Part shown: one piece after another, positions 37,631 through 46,618 of the stretch
Numbering within the stretch: the first letter of the stretch is position 1
Layout: each line of letters opens with the position of its first letter
Assembly (NCBI GenBank): GCA_024400875.1
Contig: JAKSMB010000002.1
Coordinates: forward strand, 69,446-133,445
Direction of reading: 5' to 3'
DNA: 64,000 nt
Source: Bacteroidales bacterium
GTDB lineage: Bacteria > Bacteroidota > Bacteroidia > Bacteroidales > WCHB1-69
The notes under the pieces: model-generated
The model's database searches: none
Seen by the model: the letters and a program-made list of their open reading frames with translations, nothing else
What the model was told of the DNA's origin: nothing
Made by a program: the position numbers and the translations under genes

Positions 37631-38855
37631 TATATCTTAACGTGTTGCTTTTTTCTTCTACGAATAGGTCTCGGATGATGCGTTTCATTTGTTCTTCTGT
37701 CACGTCGAAATAATGTTGTCGCTCATCGAGAAAATATTCGGCGTTGGAGATGGTTTCCCCCACGGCAAGGTTGGAGGCGCGGTCGTCGATCTTGATCTCA
37801 TTGTTCAAAAGGATGGACTCGGCACGGTTCTTGACTTTCTGAAGGTCGTGGGCGAAGGTCTCGCTCTCCTGATAGTGGAAAAGATACTGACAAAGTGCAT
37901 CATCGGCTTCTTCAATGGAAACGCCCTCTGTTGGTCGACCGCTGACATAGAATAATCCATTGTCGCAACTGCCCATAATGGAGGCAGAGATGTCGGTAAA
38001 CAATTTCCGGTCAGTGACAAATTCTTTGTATAGGTAGGAAGAATGACCCGTACCGAACATATCGCTTATCAGGTCATAGGCGTAATAGTCGGGGTGCATA
38101 CGGTTGCACATTGGCCACGCTTTCAGCAGTACGTCGGAGGGTACCTCGCGCTCAACGGTGAGCAGTCGGGATGCGGTTTGCTCCTTCTCTGCGGGGTAGT
38201 TGCGTGTGGGTAGTTCGCTAACGGGAATGTCGCCGAACCATTTTTCTACCATAGCAATGACTTCGTCGTAATGCACGTTGCCTGCAACAACCAGTACGGC
38301 GTTGTTAGGACGATAGTAGGTGTAGTAGAAATCTTTGATGATACCCATATCTACTTGGGCGATGTGCTCTGTCTTCTTGCCAATGGGAAGCCATTGATAA
38401 GGATGTCGCTCGTAGGTCATCTGATGCATCAGCATCATAAGGTCACCGTAGGGGCGGTTGAGATAATGCTCTTTGAATTCTTCGATGACTACCTGCTTTT
38501 GAATGTCAAGAGATTCTTGACGGAATGCTAACTCTAACATACGGTCCGACTCTATCCAGAGTGCGGTTTCCAAGTTGTTGGCCGGCAAAACTACGTAGTA
38601 GTTGGTGTGGTCTTGGCAGGTGTAGGCATTGTTGATCGCCCCCACTTTCTGTAGGGCAGTGTCGTAGTTGAGCACGTTCTTGGACCCCGTAAACATAAAG
38701 TGTTCCATCAGATGCGCGAGCCCGGTGCAGTTGGAATCTTCATCCCGAGAGCCGACATTATATACTATGTTGCAAACGGCCAGTGGCGTGGTGTGATCTT
38801 CGTGTACCAGCACGCGTAAGCCATTGGAAAGTGTTGTTTTTTTTATATTTAGCAT
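37608..38855 (-). CDS. Cytoplasmic M16B zinc peptidase subunit
   Basis: TLSNGLRV, GLAHLMEHFMF, NAYT, ESDRM, YYRPNNAVL; no signal peptide. Confidence 0.92.
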   Translation of the reverse strand: MLNIKKTTLSNGLRVLVHEDHTTPLAVCNIVYNVGSRDEDSNCTGLAHLMEHFMFTGSKNVLNYDTALQKVGAINNAYTCQDHTNYYVVLPANNLETALWIESDRMLELAFRQESLDIQKQVVIEEFKEHYLNRPYGDLMMLMHQMTYERHPYQWLPIGKKTEHIAQVDMGIIKDFYYTYYRPNNAVLVVAGNVHYDEVIAMVEKWFGDIPVSELPTRNYPAEKEQTASRLLTVEREVPSDVLLKAWPMCNRMHPDYYAYDLISDMFGTGHSSYLYKEFVTDRKLFTDISASIMGSCDNGLFYVSGRPTEGVSIEEADDALCQYLFHYQESETFAHDLQKVKNRAESILLNNEIKIDDRASNLAVGETISNAEYFLDERQHYFDVTEEQMKRIIRDLFVEEKSNTLRYKAEGRRQ

Positions 38856-38876
38856 AATGATAGTATCAAAAGAGTT

Positions 38877-39713
38877 TTATACCCACATCTTTCGGGCCTT
38901 GTCGAAATGAACGGTATGATCGTAACCGCAACGTTGTAGCTCGTTCCAAGCTTCCGGACAAAATTGACCCAGATCCTCCGACTTATGCGCGTCGCTGCTG
39001 ATGACTACGGGTATGTCCATCTTCCGCGCTTGCATAAGCAATGGCGTGGCCGGATAGAAGGCGTTGCATCTTTTCTTGTAGAGACCGCGGGTGTTGATTT
39101 CAATGATGACATCGTGCGATTTGATCAATTGCAACGCTTTTTCAGCAAGAATCCTGTACCAACGTTCGTCTTCGGTAAAGAATCGGTCCTGGTTGTGCAT
39201 CTTGATTTTGTCGAAGTGAGCGATGATGTCCATCTTCTGAGTTTCTAACATCTCAAAGGTTTGTTCCCAGAAGGTGGTGACAGCCCGTTTGATATTGTTG
39301 TCGAAGAGCTCGCGAAGTCCATCGTCGTATATTTGTCGGTCGCTGCCGTCGATGAACCATATCCGGTCGTCGTTCTGTGGTCGCACGAGATGCACTCCCC
39401 CGATGATGTAGTCAAGGTTGTAGGTTTCCTTGTAGTACACGAAAGGTTTTGTCATCTCAGGTATGAAGTCACACTCCAACGCTTTGAGCAACTGTATAGG
39501 TGTTTGCATCTGCAGTTGGTCGATCTCCTGACAATAGTTGTTGATCTCCTCTTCGTGTATGCCGAAGTCGTTTTCAAAGGGGACCGGGGCGTGGGAGGAG
39601 AAACCCAGTTGCTGGTAGTTGAGTTTGGTGGCTGCCGCAATAAATGCCGAAAGCGGCTCCTTGCCGTCACAGTATAAACTATGGGTGTGATAGTTAGTTT
39701 GCAGAGGTGACAT
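38877..39713 (-). CDS. PHP-family histidinol-phosphatase (HisJ/HisK type)
   Basis: YHTHSLYCDG, SSHAP, AHFD, EINT, SSDAH. Confidence 0.88.
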   Translation of the reverse strand: MSPLQTNYHTHSLYCDGKEPLSAFIAAATKLNYQQLGFSSHAPVPFENDFGIHEEEINNYCQEIDQLQMQTPIQLLKALECDFIPEMTKPFVYYKETYNLDYIIGGVHLVRPQNDDRIWFIDGSDRQIYDDGLRELFDNNIKRAVTTFWEQTFEMLETQKMDIIAHFDKIKMHNQDRFFTEDERWYRILAEKALQLIKSHDVIIEINTRGLYKKRCNAFYPATPLLMQARKMDIPVVISSDAHKSEDLGQFCPEAWNELQRCGYDHTVHFDKARKMWV

Positions 39714-41013
39714 TCTGATATTGGTCTATGATGTTCAAAAGTTCGTTGCTTTTGCCTACGTGTGAGGCGTTGTAGAAGTTGCTCAGGAATACGCAGATGG
39801 TTCCATCTGATGGGCGATATAACCACAGGTTGTGGAATCCATTCCAAAGTCCGCCGTGATAAACGAGCCATCCGTGTTCTTTGTTGTTTTCCAGATGTAC
39901 GCCGTAGCCGTAAAGTTTTTTGGGGATGATGCCGCTGGGCAGGATGTTCTGGCTTTTGCAAGCCATTTCCACCCACTCTTTTGGAAGAATCTTACATTCA
40001 ATGTAAAAAGTATGTGTCCAGCGCAGCATATCTTCTACGTTGGAATATACACCCTTGTCGCCAAGGATGGCATTCAAACGATCGTATTTTGCCAGGGATC
40101 CCCCCTTGAAGTGTCCGCGGGCGATGGGAACAGGGAAATTATCCCGCAGGGGTTGTATGTCCACCAACTCTTGGCCTTTGCGTACGGAGGCGTGCGGACG
40201 TGGAGCATCTTCAGGATAAAGTCCTACCAATTCGGTGAAGAAGTAGGTGTGCTTCATTCCGGCAGGCTTCCAAAGGTTGTCGCGCACGTATTGCTCAAAG
40301 GGTTGCTCAGCAACGATCTCAACAATCTTTGCCAACAGAACATAATTCGTGTTGGTATACGCAAAGCCTCCGCTGGGTTTGAAGATACGGTCGAATTTGT
40401 TGTTTCTCATTACCCTGCATAGTTGACTCGTACTGATAAATGTGCTTGTATCGTAAAGTGCATAGTTGAAGTTGAAATACTCGGGTATGCCTGAGGTGTG
40501 GTTCAACATCTCTCGAACGGTAACAGTATGGTAGGGCATATTGGGGAAGTATTTTCCCAGGGAGTCTTGCAAGCTCATCTTTTCTTCATAACAAAGTTTC
40601 AGGATGGCAGCAGCTGTGAATTGTTTGGATACGGAGGCTAAGTCGAAAATGGTCTCCGTGGTCATTCTATTGTTTTTCAGATTGCGTACGGAATTCAGTT
40701 GCTCCATCGCTAACCCTTCATAGCCGCGGTTGTTTTTGTAAAGTTGCAGATAACCGTAGGCTTTTTCCACCAGGATGGTGTCGTTCTTTGCAATGATCAG
40801 CGTGCCATTCATTCTTTGCCCCAAGGTATCAGCAAAGCGCAACAGTGTGTCCATAAGTGGGTCGCTGGAGCTTCGCTTGGTGTGGTGCAATTCCTTGTTA
40901 GCGAAAGGAATTGATAACTCAGTGAAGAGCTCTTCCAAATGAAAAGAGTCAGCACTTAATAGCCCGATGCAAAGGATGAATGCTATGAATATGGAGATGG
41001 ATTTTTTACGCAT
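39694..41013 (-). CDS. Exported serine hydrolase, beta-lactamase class C/PBP-like
   Basis: ASVSK (SxxK), LNHTSG, YTN (YxN), HGG. Confidence 0.88.
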   Translation of the reverse strand: MRKKSISIFIAFILCIGLLSADSFHLEELFTELSIPFANKELHHTKRSSSDPLMDTLLRFADTLGQRMNGTLIIAKNDTILVEKAYGYLQLYKNNRGYEGLAMEQLNSVRNLKNNRMTTETIFDLASVSKQFTAAAILKLCYEEKMSLQDSLGKYFPNMPYHTVTVREMLNHTSGIPEYFNFNYALYDTSTFISTSQLCRVMRNNKFDRIFKPSGGFAYTNTNYVLLAKIVEIVAEQPFEQYVRDNLWKPAGMKHTYFFTELVGLYPEDAPRPHASVRKGQELVDIQPLRDNFPVPIARGHFKGGSLAKYDRLNAILGDKGVYSNVEDMLRWTHTFYIECKILPKEWVEMACKSQNILPSGIIPKKLYGYGVHLENNKEHGWLVYHGGLWNGFHNLWLYRPSDGTICVFLSNFYNASHVGKSNELLNIIDQYQNVTSAN

Positions 41014-41017
41014 GCTG

Positions 41018-41025
41018 CAAAGATA
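41018..41025 (-). promoter_or_regulatory. -7 box only 4 nt upstream of the ATG (leaderless candidate)
   Basis: On -: TATCTTTG-CAGC-ATG. Confidence 0.6.
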
Positions 41026-41045
41026 GTGATTTCAATAAAAACAAC

Positions 41046-41076
41046 AAAGGGATAACTGGTAAAAGTTATCCCTTTT
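41046..41076 (-). terminator. Terminator-like hairpin downstream of rho
   Basis: AAAGGGATAACT-GGTAAA-AGTTATCCCTTT, with a T-rich tail on -. Confidence 0.75.
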
Positions 41077-41114
41077 ATATGTTAATAATGTATCAGTGTG
41101 ATTTCTATAATCGA

Positions 41115-42887
41115 TTAGCCGTTCATAGAACTTAGGAATTCCTCGTTGTTTTTGGTGTGACCCATATTTTCTTTGATGAAGGTCATGGCTTCAATGGTGT
41201 TCATATCGGCCAGGTGGTTTCTGAGGATCCACATACGGCGTTGTACTTCAGGAGATTGCAACAGGTCGTCGCGACGAGTGCTGGAGGCCACGAGGTCAAC
41301 GGCAGGGTAGATGCGCTTGTTGGACAGGCGACGGTCGAGCTGTAATTCCATATTGCCGGTGCCCTTGAATTCCTCGAAGATCACTTCATCCATACGGGAG
41401 CCGGTTTCGATGAGGGCGGTGGAGATGATGGTCAGTGAACCGCCGTTTTCAACGTTACGGGCAGCACCAAAGAAGCGTTTTGGCTTCTGCAACGCGTTGG
41501 CTTCCACACCACCGGAGAGTACCTTGCCGGAAGCAGGCGCCATGGTGTTGAAGGCACGTGCCAGGCGGGTGATGGAGTCCAAAAGAATACATACGTCGTG
41601 ACCACATTCTACCATACGTTTGGCTTTCTCCAATACCATATTGGCGATCTTCACGTGACGTTCTGCTGGCTCGTCAAAGGTGGAAGAGATGACTTCCGCA
41701 TTTACGCTGCGTTGCATGTCGGTAACTTCTTCCGGACGTTCATCAATCAACAGGATGATGAGGTATATTTCAGGGTGATTGTAGGCGATGGCGTTGGCAA
41801 CGTCCTTGAGCAACACGGTCTTACCCGTCTTTGGTTGCGCAACGATCAAACCACGCTGACCTTTTCCAATAGGGGCGAACAGGTCGATGACGCGGGTGGA
41901 TAGGTTGCAACCAGGATGGCCTGTGATGTTGATCTTCTCGTTAGGGAACATCGGGGTGAGATAGTCGAACGGAATACGGTCGCGAATCTCTTCCGGCTTG
42001 CGTCCGTTGATCATCTCAACGCGAGTGAGCGGGAAGTATTTCTCGCCACTCTTTGGAGGACGAATGGCACCATATACTGTGTCACCATTTTTCAAACCAA
42101 ACAACTTGATTTGAGACATGGATACATAAATGTCATCGGGAGAGGTGAGGTAGTTGTAGTCAGATGAACGAAGGAAACCGCAGTTGTCGCTGGTGATTTC
42201 CAATACGCCTTCTGCCATTACAGATCCTTCATATATGGAGTTGGCCATTAATTCAGCCTCTGGATCTTTCTTCTCCTCAACAACTTCTTCTTTCTTTTCA
42301 GCTACAGGCTCAACGGGCTTGTTCTCTTTGTTGTTGTTTTGCTTTCTGACGAATCGTTTTGTTTCTTCTTCGTTGTTTTTCTTTCTGATAAAACGCTTAG
42401 GTTCCGTCTCTTCTGTCTCCTTCGTCACCGCTTTTTCCGCTACAGTTGTAGCAGCAGGTTGATTGTCAGCAGCAGCAGTTTCGGTAGCAACGGTCTCGCT
42501 CTTTCGTGGTCTGCCACGTTTTCTCTTAACAGGAACTTCAGGCGTTGGTTCAGTTGCAGGTGCTTCAGCAACAGGAATAGGAGAGGACTCGCTTTTTATG
42601 GAAACGGGCTCTTCAACAATATCTTCTTTGCGCTTGCGTGTGACTTTGAGTTTTGGCTCTTCCGTTTCAACAGGCGCTTGCTTCGTGTTGATATTGTCGA
42701 AGTTAATGGACGTTTGAGTGTTTTCTTCTGCGACGATTGGACGCTCTTTGAAAAGTGGTACCTCTTTCTTTTCAGGAAGTTCTACCTTTTTTCTAACTTT
42801 GTCTTGATTAGATGAGGCAGCAGGTATAGCATTGGTAGTTGTGGTGATCCTTTTTCTTTTAGGCTTTTTTTCAGTACTGTCAGACAT
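41115..42887 (-). CDS. rho: Transcription termination factor Rho with long disordered N-terminus
   Basis: [59 protein letters not shown]. Start set at MSDSTEK, downstream of the -7 box at 42978-42985. Confidence 0.95.
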   Translation of the reverse strand: MSDSTEKKPKRKRITTTTNAIPAASSNQDKVRKKVELPEKKEVPLFKERPIVAEENTQTSINFDNINTKQAPVETEEPKLKVTRKRKEDIVEEPVSIKSESSPIPVAEAPATEPTPEVPVKRKRGRPRKSETVATETAAADNQPAATTVAEKAVTKETEETEPKRFIRKKNNEEETKRFVRKQNNNKENKPVEPVAEKKEEVVEEKKDPEAELMANSIYEGSVMAEGVLEITSDNCGFLRSSDYNYLTSPDDIYVSMSQIKLFGLKNGDTVYGAIRPPKSGEKYFPLTRVEMINGRKPEEIRDRIPFDYLTPMFPNEKINITGHPGCNLSTRVIDLFAPIGKGQRGLIVAQPKTGKTVLLKDVANAIAYNHPEIYLIILLIDERPEEVTDMQRSVNAEVISSTFDEPAERHVKIANMVLEKAKRMVECGHDVCILLDSITRLARAFNTMAPASGKVLSGGVEANALQKPKRFFGAARNVENGGSLTIISTALIETGSRMDEVIFEEFKGTGNMELQLDRRLSNKRIYPAVDLVASSTRRDDLLQSPEVQRRMWILRNHLADMNTIEAMTFIKENMGHTKNNEEFLSSMNG

Positions 42888-42977
42888 ATTAAAGTGTTTG
42901 TGGATTCTATGTTGCTTGATTGATGCAGAGTTGAAATGTGAGATTGTAATGTGTCCTCTGCACATGATAAGACGCGG

Positions 42978-43005
42978 CAAAGATACATTAAATTTTTTAT
43001 TTTTG
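42978..43005. promoter_or_regulatory. Divergent -7 boxes for rho (-) and the LamG gene (+)
   Basis: TATCTTTG on - (42978-42985); TATTTTTG on + (42998-43005). Confidence 0.62.
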
Positions 43006-43067
43006 CGGTGAGGACAATAAATTAATTTATATTTTTTGCGCTTCAAAATTCTTTAATTTCTTAAATT

Positions 43068-44414
43068 ATGAAAAAAGTTTATACCTTATTATTCTTGGTT
43101 GCAATGACATTGATGTCATTTGCTCAGACGGTAACACTGACATTTACAGGACGTGATGTTGCAAACCATACTATTGCTATGGATAGTGTGTCTGTTGTGA
43201 ACATTACACGTGGATGGCAAGAAATCCTCTATAATCCTGATACTGTTTTGAATATGACGAATAGCGTTGGTGTTGACGCATACGCTAATTCCTCTTTTAT
43301 GTTGACACAAAAAGGTGCAAATCCTTTCAGTGGCAATACAGAGGTTATGCTTCAAACAGTAGAAAATGAAAATGTATGTGTTGAAGTTTTTGACTTTAAT
43401 GGTAAAAGAGTGGCATCCATAAACCAAATGGTGGACGCCGGTATACATTGTTTTAATATTAGTTTGGCTGTTCCACAAACATATTTGTTAAGTGTTAAGA
43501 GCCGTAAGAATATGGCATCTTTGAAACTGGTGAATATAGCTTCCGGTGGTCAGAATATAATTGAATATGTTGGTGGTAAAAATGTTGTAAACAATGGCAC
43601 CAAGTCGCAAACCACCAATACTTTCGTTTTCGGCGATATGATGGAATATGTAGGATATGTAACCGTAGATGGTGTTACCTATGAAAGTGACAGAATTATG
43701 CAAGCGCAAGGAACTAGTCAGACATTCGTCTTGAATTTCCCAGTATCGGGTGCAACACCTTCGGGTTCAGGTCTGATTTTCTGGGCTCCGTTAACATCAA
43801 ATACGGTGGACGTGGTGAGTGGCGACACGGGAACGATTCATGGAAACCCAGGTGCATATACTGCGGAAGGATTGGATTTCAACAGAGCGTATGTGTCATT
43901 TACAAGCGGATGTTGGCAGAACTTCAATTACAGCACCCCTTTTACGGTTATTTGTGATTATAAGCGTACGGGTGAAGATGTGGGTTCACACATGCACATT
44001 GTTACCAACAATACAAGTTCTTACGACAGAGGCATGTTGCTTTATTGTCATGTAAGATCTTGTGATAGATTCAGAGTCGGCCTTGTACATACGTATGGTT
44101 CCGCATCCGCTACTGCACAAGAAACTGTAGGGGGGGCCGATAGTACAGCCTTGTTGGATACGATGTATGTGAATTGCGGTTTCATGTATGATGGTAATGG
44201 AACAATAACGATGATTCATAATGGTGTGGTTACGAATGTTACTAAAACCTATACGCAGGCGCAGTTTCCAAACTTTTCTAACGTGCCGTTAGGAATTGGT
44301 GGAGCGTTAGGTACATACTCCAATCACTGGATTGGCTATATCCGCAACGTACGTATTTATGATCATGCACTTTCCCCAAAGGAATTGGAGGCATTGGGTC
44401 AAGAGAATGAATAA
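43068..44414 (+). CDS. Exported protein with internal T9SS-CTD-like Ig domain and C-terminal LamG/concanavalin-A-like domain
   Basis: Signal peptide; internal NPF..VEVFDFNGKRV..YLLSV..LKLVN; C-terminal GLIFWAPL..YDG..LGIG..WIGYIRNVRIYDHALS..EL. Confidence 0.72.
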   Translation: MKKVYTLLFLVAMTLMSFAQTVTLTFTGRDVANHTIAMDSVSVVNITRGWQEILYNPDTVLNMTNSVGVDAYANSSFMLTQKGANPFSGNTEVMLQTVENENVCVEVFDFNGKRVASINQMVDAGIHCFNISLAVPQTYLLSVKSRKNMASLKLVNIASGGQNIIEYVGGKNVVNNGTKSQTTNTFVFGDMMEYVGYVTVDGVTYESDRIMQAQGTSQTFVLNFPVSGATPSGSGLIFWAPLTSNTVDVVSGDTGTIHGNPGAYTAEGLDFNRAYVSFTSGCWQNFNYSTPFTVICDYKRTGEDVGSHMHIVTNNTSSYDRGMLLYCHVRSCDRFRVGLVHTYGSASATAQETVGGADSTALLDTMYVNCGFMYDGNGTITMIHNGVVTNVTKTYTQAQFPNFSNVPLGIGGALGTYSNHWIGYIRNVRIYDHALSPKELEALGQENE

Positions 44415-44455
44415 AAGAACGAAGCTGCATATAAAGTAGGGTAGTTTACATATAG

Positions 44456-44493
44456 AAGTTAGTGTCAGCTAATGTCGGCACTAACTTTTTTTT
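44456..44493 (+). terminator. Intrinsic terminator directly followed by the gtrA -7 box (44495-44502)
   Basis: AAGTTAGTGTC..GGCACTAACTT plus a T run. Confidence 0.78.
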
Positions 44494-44513
44494 GTATTTT
44501 TGCCACCCTCGAA

Positions 44514-45011
44514 ATGAAAGATAGGATTATCAAAATATTTATCAAGGTCTTCTCGAAGCAGTTCATTCGCTTTGTGTTTGTTGCTGCTTTGAACACAGCG
44601 TTTGGTTGGTGCGTGTTTGCGCTGCTGCGCTTTTTGTTGGGATTAACCACGCTGAAGGATCCGTATGTGTTGGCTGCTTTCCTGGGAACGATTATCAGCG
44701 TACTCTTCAATTTCAAGACCTATGGAACCATAGTTTTCAAGAATGGGGACAATCGTTTGATATTCAAATTTCTGATTGTTTGTGCCATTACTTATTTTAT
44801 TAATATTTTTGGCATTAAGGTTCTAGAAAACATAGGTATTGATAACTATGTGGCCAGTGCTATTATGTGTGTGCCGGTAGGTTTACTTAATTTTTTGTTT
44901 AATAAGGTTTTCACCTATTCAAAAGATACAAAAACTTGGATATGGGTGACTATGATCTCACTTTTATTGATAGAAACAACCCTTTTCGTGTTGATGAAGT
45001 GGGTGGCATAA
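44514..45011 (+). CDS. GtrA-family lipid-linked sugar flippase-like membrane protein
   Basis: QFIRFVFVAALNT, SVLFNFKTY..IVF, NFLFNKVFTY; four TM segments plus an extra C-terminal one. Confidence 0.85.
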   Translation: MKDRIIKIFIKVFSKQFIRFVFVAALNTAFGWCVFALLRFLLGLTTLKDPYVLAAFLGTIISVLFNFKTYGTIVFKNGDNRLIFKFLIVCAITYFINIFGIKVLENIGIDNYVASAIMCVPVGLLNFLFNKVFTYSKDTKTWIWVTMISLLLIETTLFVLMKWVA

Positions 45012-45115
45012 ATAGGTTTTCTTGGACAGAGTTTAACGGTCTTTTGTGTTCCCCATTTTTTGATATCTTTGCAAGTTAAAAATCATTACTGAAATAATAT
45101 AGTCCCCAATGTTGT

Positions 45116-45901
45116 ATGGACATCAAAGAATTAAATGTTAATGTAGAAAAAGAGAGTACTCAAAACCATCCGTGGGAGTATGCTCGTGCACGCGTAATTG
45201 ATTGTTTATTGCGAAGATATATTAAGAAAAAATCTGCCGATGGTTATGTTGCAGATGTTGGCTGTGGAGATATTTTCTTTGTTCATCAGTTTGTGTGTAA
45301 ACATTCTAAGCTCAAGGCTGCTGCTGTTGATATTGCTTTCAATGACGATATAATAGCCTCATTAAAGGCTAAATATAGTGATCAGGAGGTGCTTTTTTTT
45401 AATGATATTCAAAAGGTTGATTTAAATGGGAAGCCTGCGAAGATTGTTTTCCTGATGGACGTGCTGGAACACATTGAAGATGATGTTACGTTCTTGAAAA
45501 CGTTGGTAAACAGTGATTTTGTCAATGGTGAAACACTCTTTATGATTACAGTTCCCGCTTTCAATAGCCTATATTGCTCTCATGACAAATGGTTGGGACA
45601 TTATCGTCGTTACGACCGTAAGATGTTGGGAGATTGTATAAAAAGTGCAGGATTGAAAAGTGAAACTGATGGATATTTCTTTACCTCTATACTGTTACCT
45701 CGATGGTTAAAGAAAATGGTGGAATCACATCAGAAAGAAGAAACAGAAGTTACAGGTATTGGAGGATGGAATGGTGGGAAACTGGTGTCTAAGGTGTATG
45801 AATGGATTCTGCTGGCAGACTTCTACTTTTTCAGAATTTTTAGAATTTTTGGTGTTAAAATGCCAGGTCTTTCAACTTATGCTATATGCAAACTACAATA
45901 G
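45116..45901 (+). CDS. Class I SAM-dependent methyltransferase (glycosylation-locus type)
   Basis: HPWEYAR, ADVGCGD, LMDVLEHIEDD, ITVPAF, HD..LGHYRRY; -7 box at 45064-45071. Confidence 0.88.
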   Translation: MDIKELNVNVEKESTQNHPWEYARARVIDCLLRRYIKKKSADGYVADVGCGDIFFVHQFVCKHSKLKAAAVDIAFNDDIIASLKAKYSDQEVLFFNDIQKVDLNGKPAKIVFLMDVLEHIEDDVTFLKTLVNSDFVNGETLFMITVPAFNSLYCSHDKWLGHYRRYDRKMLGDCIKSAGLKSETDGYFFTSILLPRWLKKMVESHQKEETEVTGIGGWNGGKLVSKVYEWILLADFYFFRIFRIFGVKMPGLSTYAICKLQ

Positions 45902-46614
45902 TTATTCCTTGTTATAATGAAGCTGGTCGCTTGCGTAAACAGGAATTTTCTGATTATGTGAGTGCGCATCCTGAAACTTTATTCCTTTTTGTTAATGATG
46001 GAAGCAAGGATGCAACGTTGGAGATGTTAAAACAGCTTTGCGATGAAAATCCTCAATTTGAGTTTTTGGATGTTCAACCTAATGGTGGAAAGGCAGAAGC
46101 CGTACGAAGAGGTATGCTTTATGCTGTTGAACATTTTGACTCTGAATATGTTGGTTTTTGGGATGCAGACCTCGCTACACCTCTCTTCGAGATTGATAAT
46201 TTCTTGAAAGAAATGCAAAGGGGTGACTATAAAATGGTGACGGGACTTCGCCTTATGCGTTTAGGCTCTGGGGTACAACGCAAAGCTTTAAGACATTTGT
46301 TGGGACGCTGTTTTGCTACAGTAGCCTCTTTTATGCTTCACCTTCCGGTGTATGATACGCAATGCGGATCCAAACTCTATAAGAAAGAGGTTGTTCAACC
46401 TTTATTTAAAGATCCTTTTATTACTCGATGGCTCTTTGATGTTGAAATCCTCTCTCGCTATATCTACCTCTTTACACTATCTTCTGCCCAACAACATATT
46501 TATGAATATCCGCTGCTGCAGTGGAAAGATGTTGATGGCTCTCAGTTGAAGCTCAAGGACTTCTTCAAAGCTCCTTATGAATTGATTAAGATTAAAAGAA
46601 AATATAATAGATAA
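45886..46614 (+). CDS. GT2 polyprenyl-phosphate sugar synthase-like glycosyltransferase (ALG5/DPM1-like)
   Basis: IVIPCYNE, VNDGSKD, NGGKAEAVRRG, WDADLATP, DTQCGSKL, WLFDVE. Confidence 0.9.
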   Translation: MQTTIVIPCYNEAGRLRKQEFSDYVSAHPETLFLFVNDGSKDATLEMLKQLCDENPQFEFLDVQPNGGKAEAVRRGMLYAVEHFDSEYVGFWDADLATPLFEIDNFLKEMQRGDYKMVTGLRLMRLGSGVQRKALRHLLGRCFATVASFMLHLPVYDTQCGSKLYKKEVVQPLFKDPFITRWLFDVEILSRYIYLFTLSSAQQHIYEYPLLQWKDVDGSQLKLKDFFKAPYELIKIKRKYNR

Positions 46615-46618
46615 CACT

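Noticed and set aside
42888-43046. N-terminal extension of Rho in the ORF track (likewise typA, ComF, rfbC, comEC, ruvA and others)
   Set aside because: The extensions run through promoter boxes, terminators or upstream genes; downstream ATGs fit better.
45012-45115. Possible invertible promoter upstream of the methyltransferase-GT genes
   Set aside because: No inverted repeats flank the -7 box and there is no adjacent invertase.
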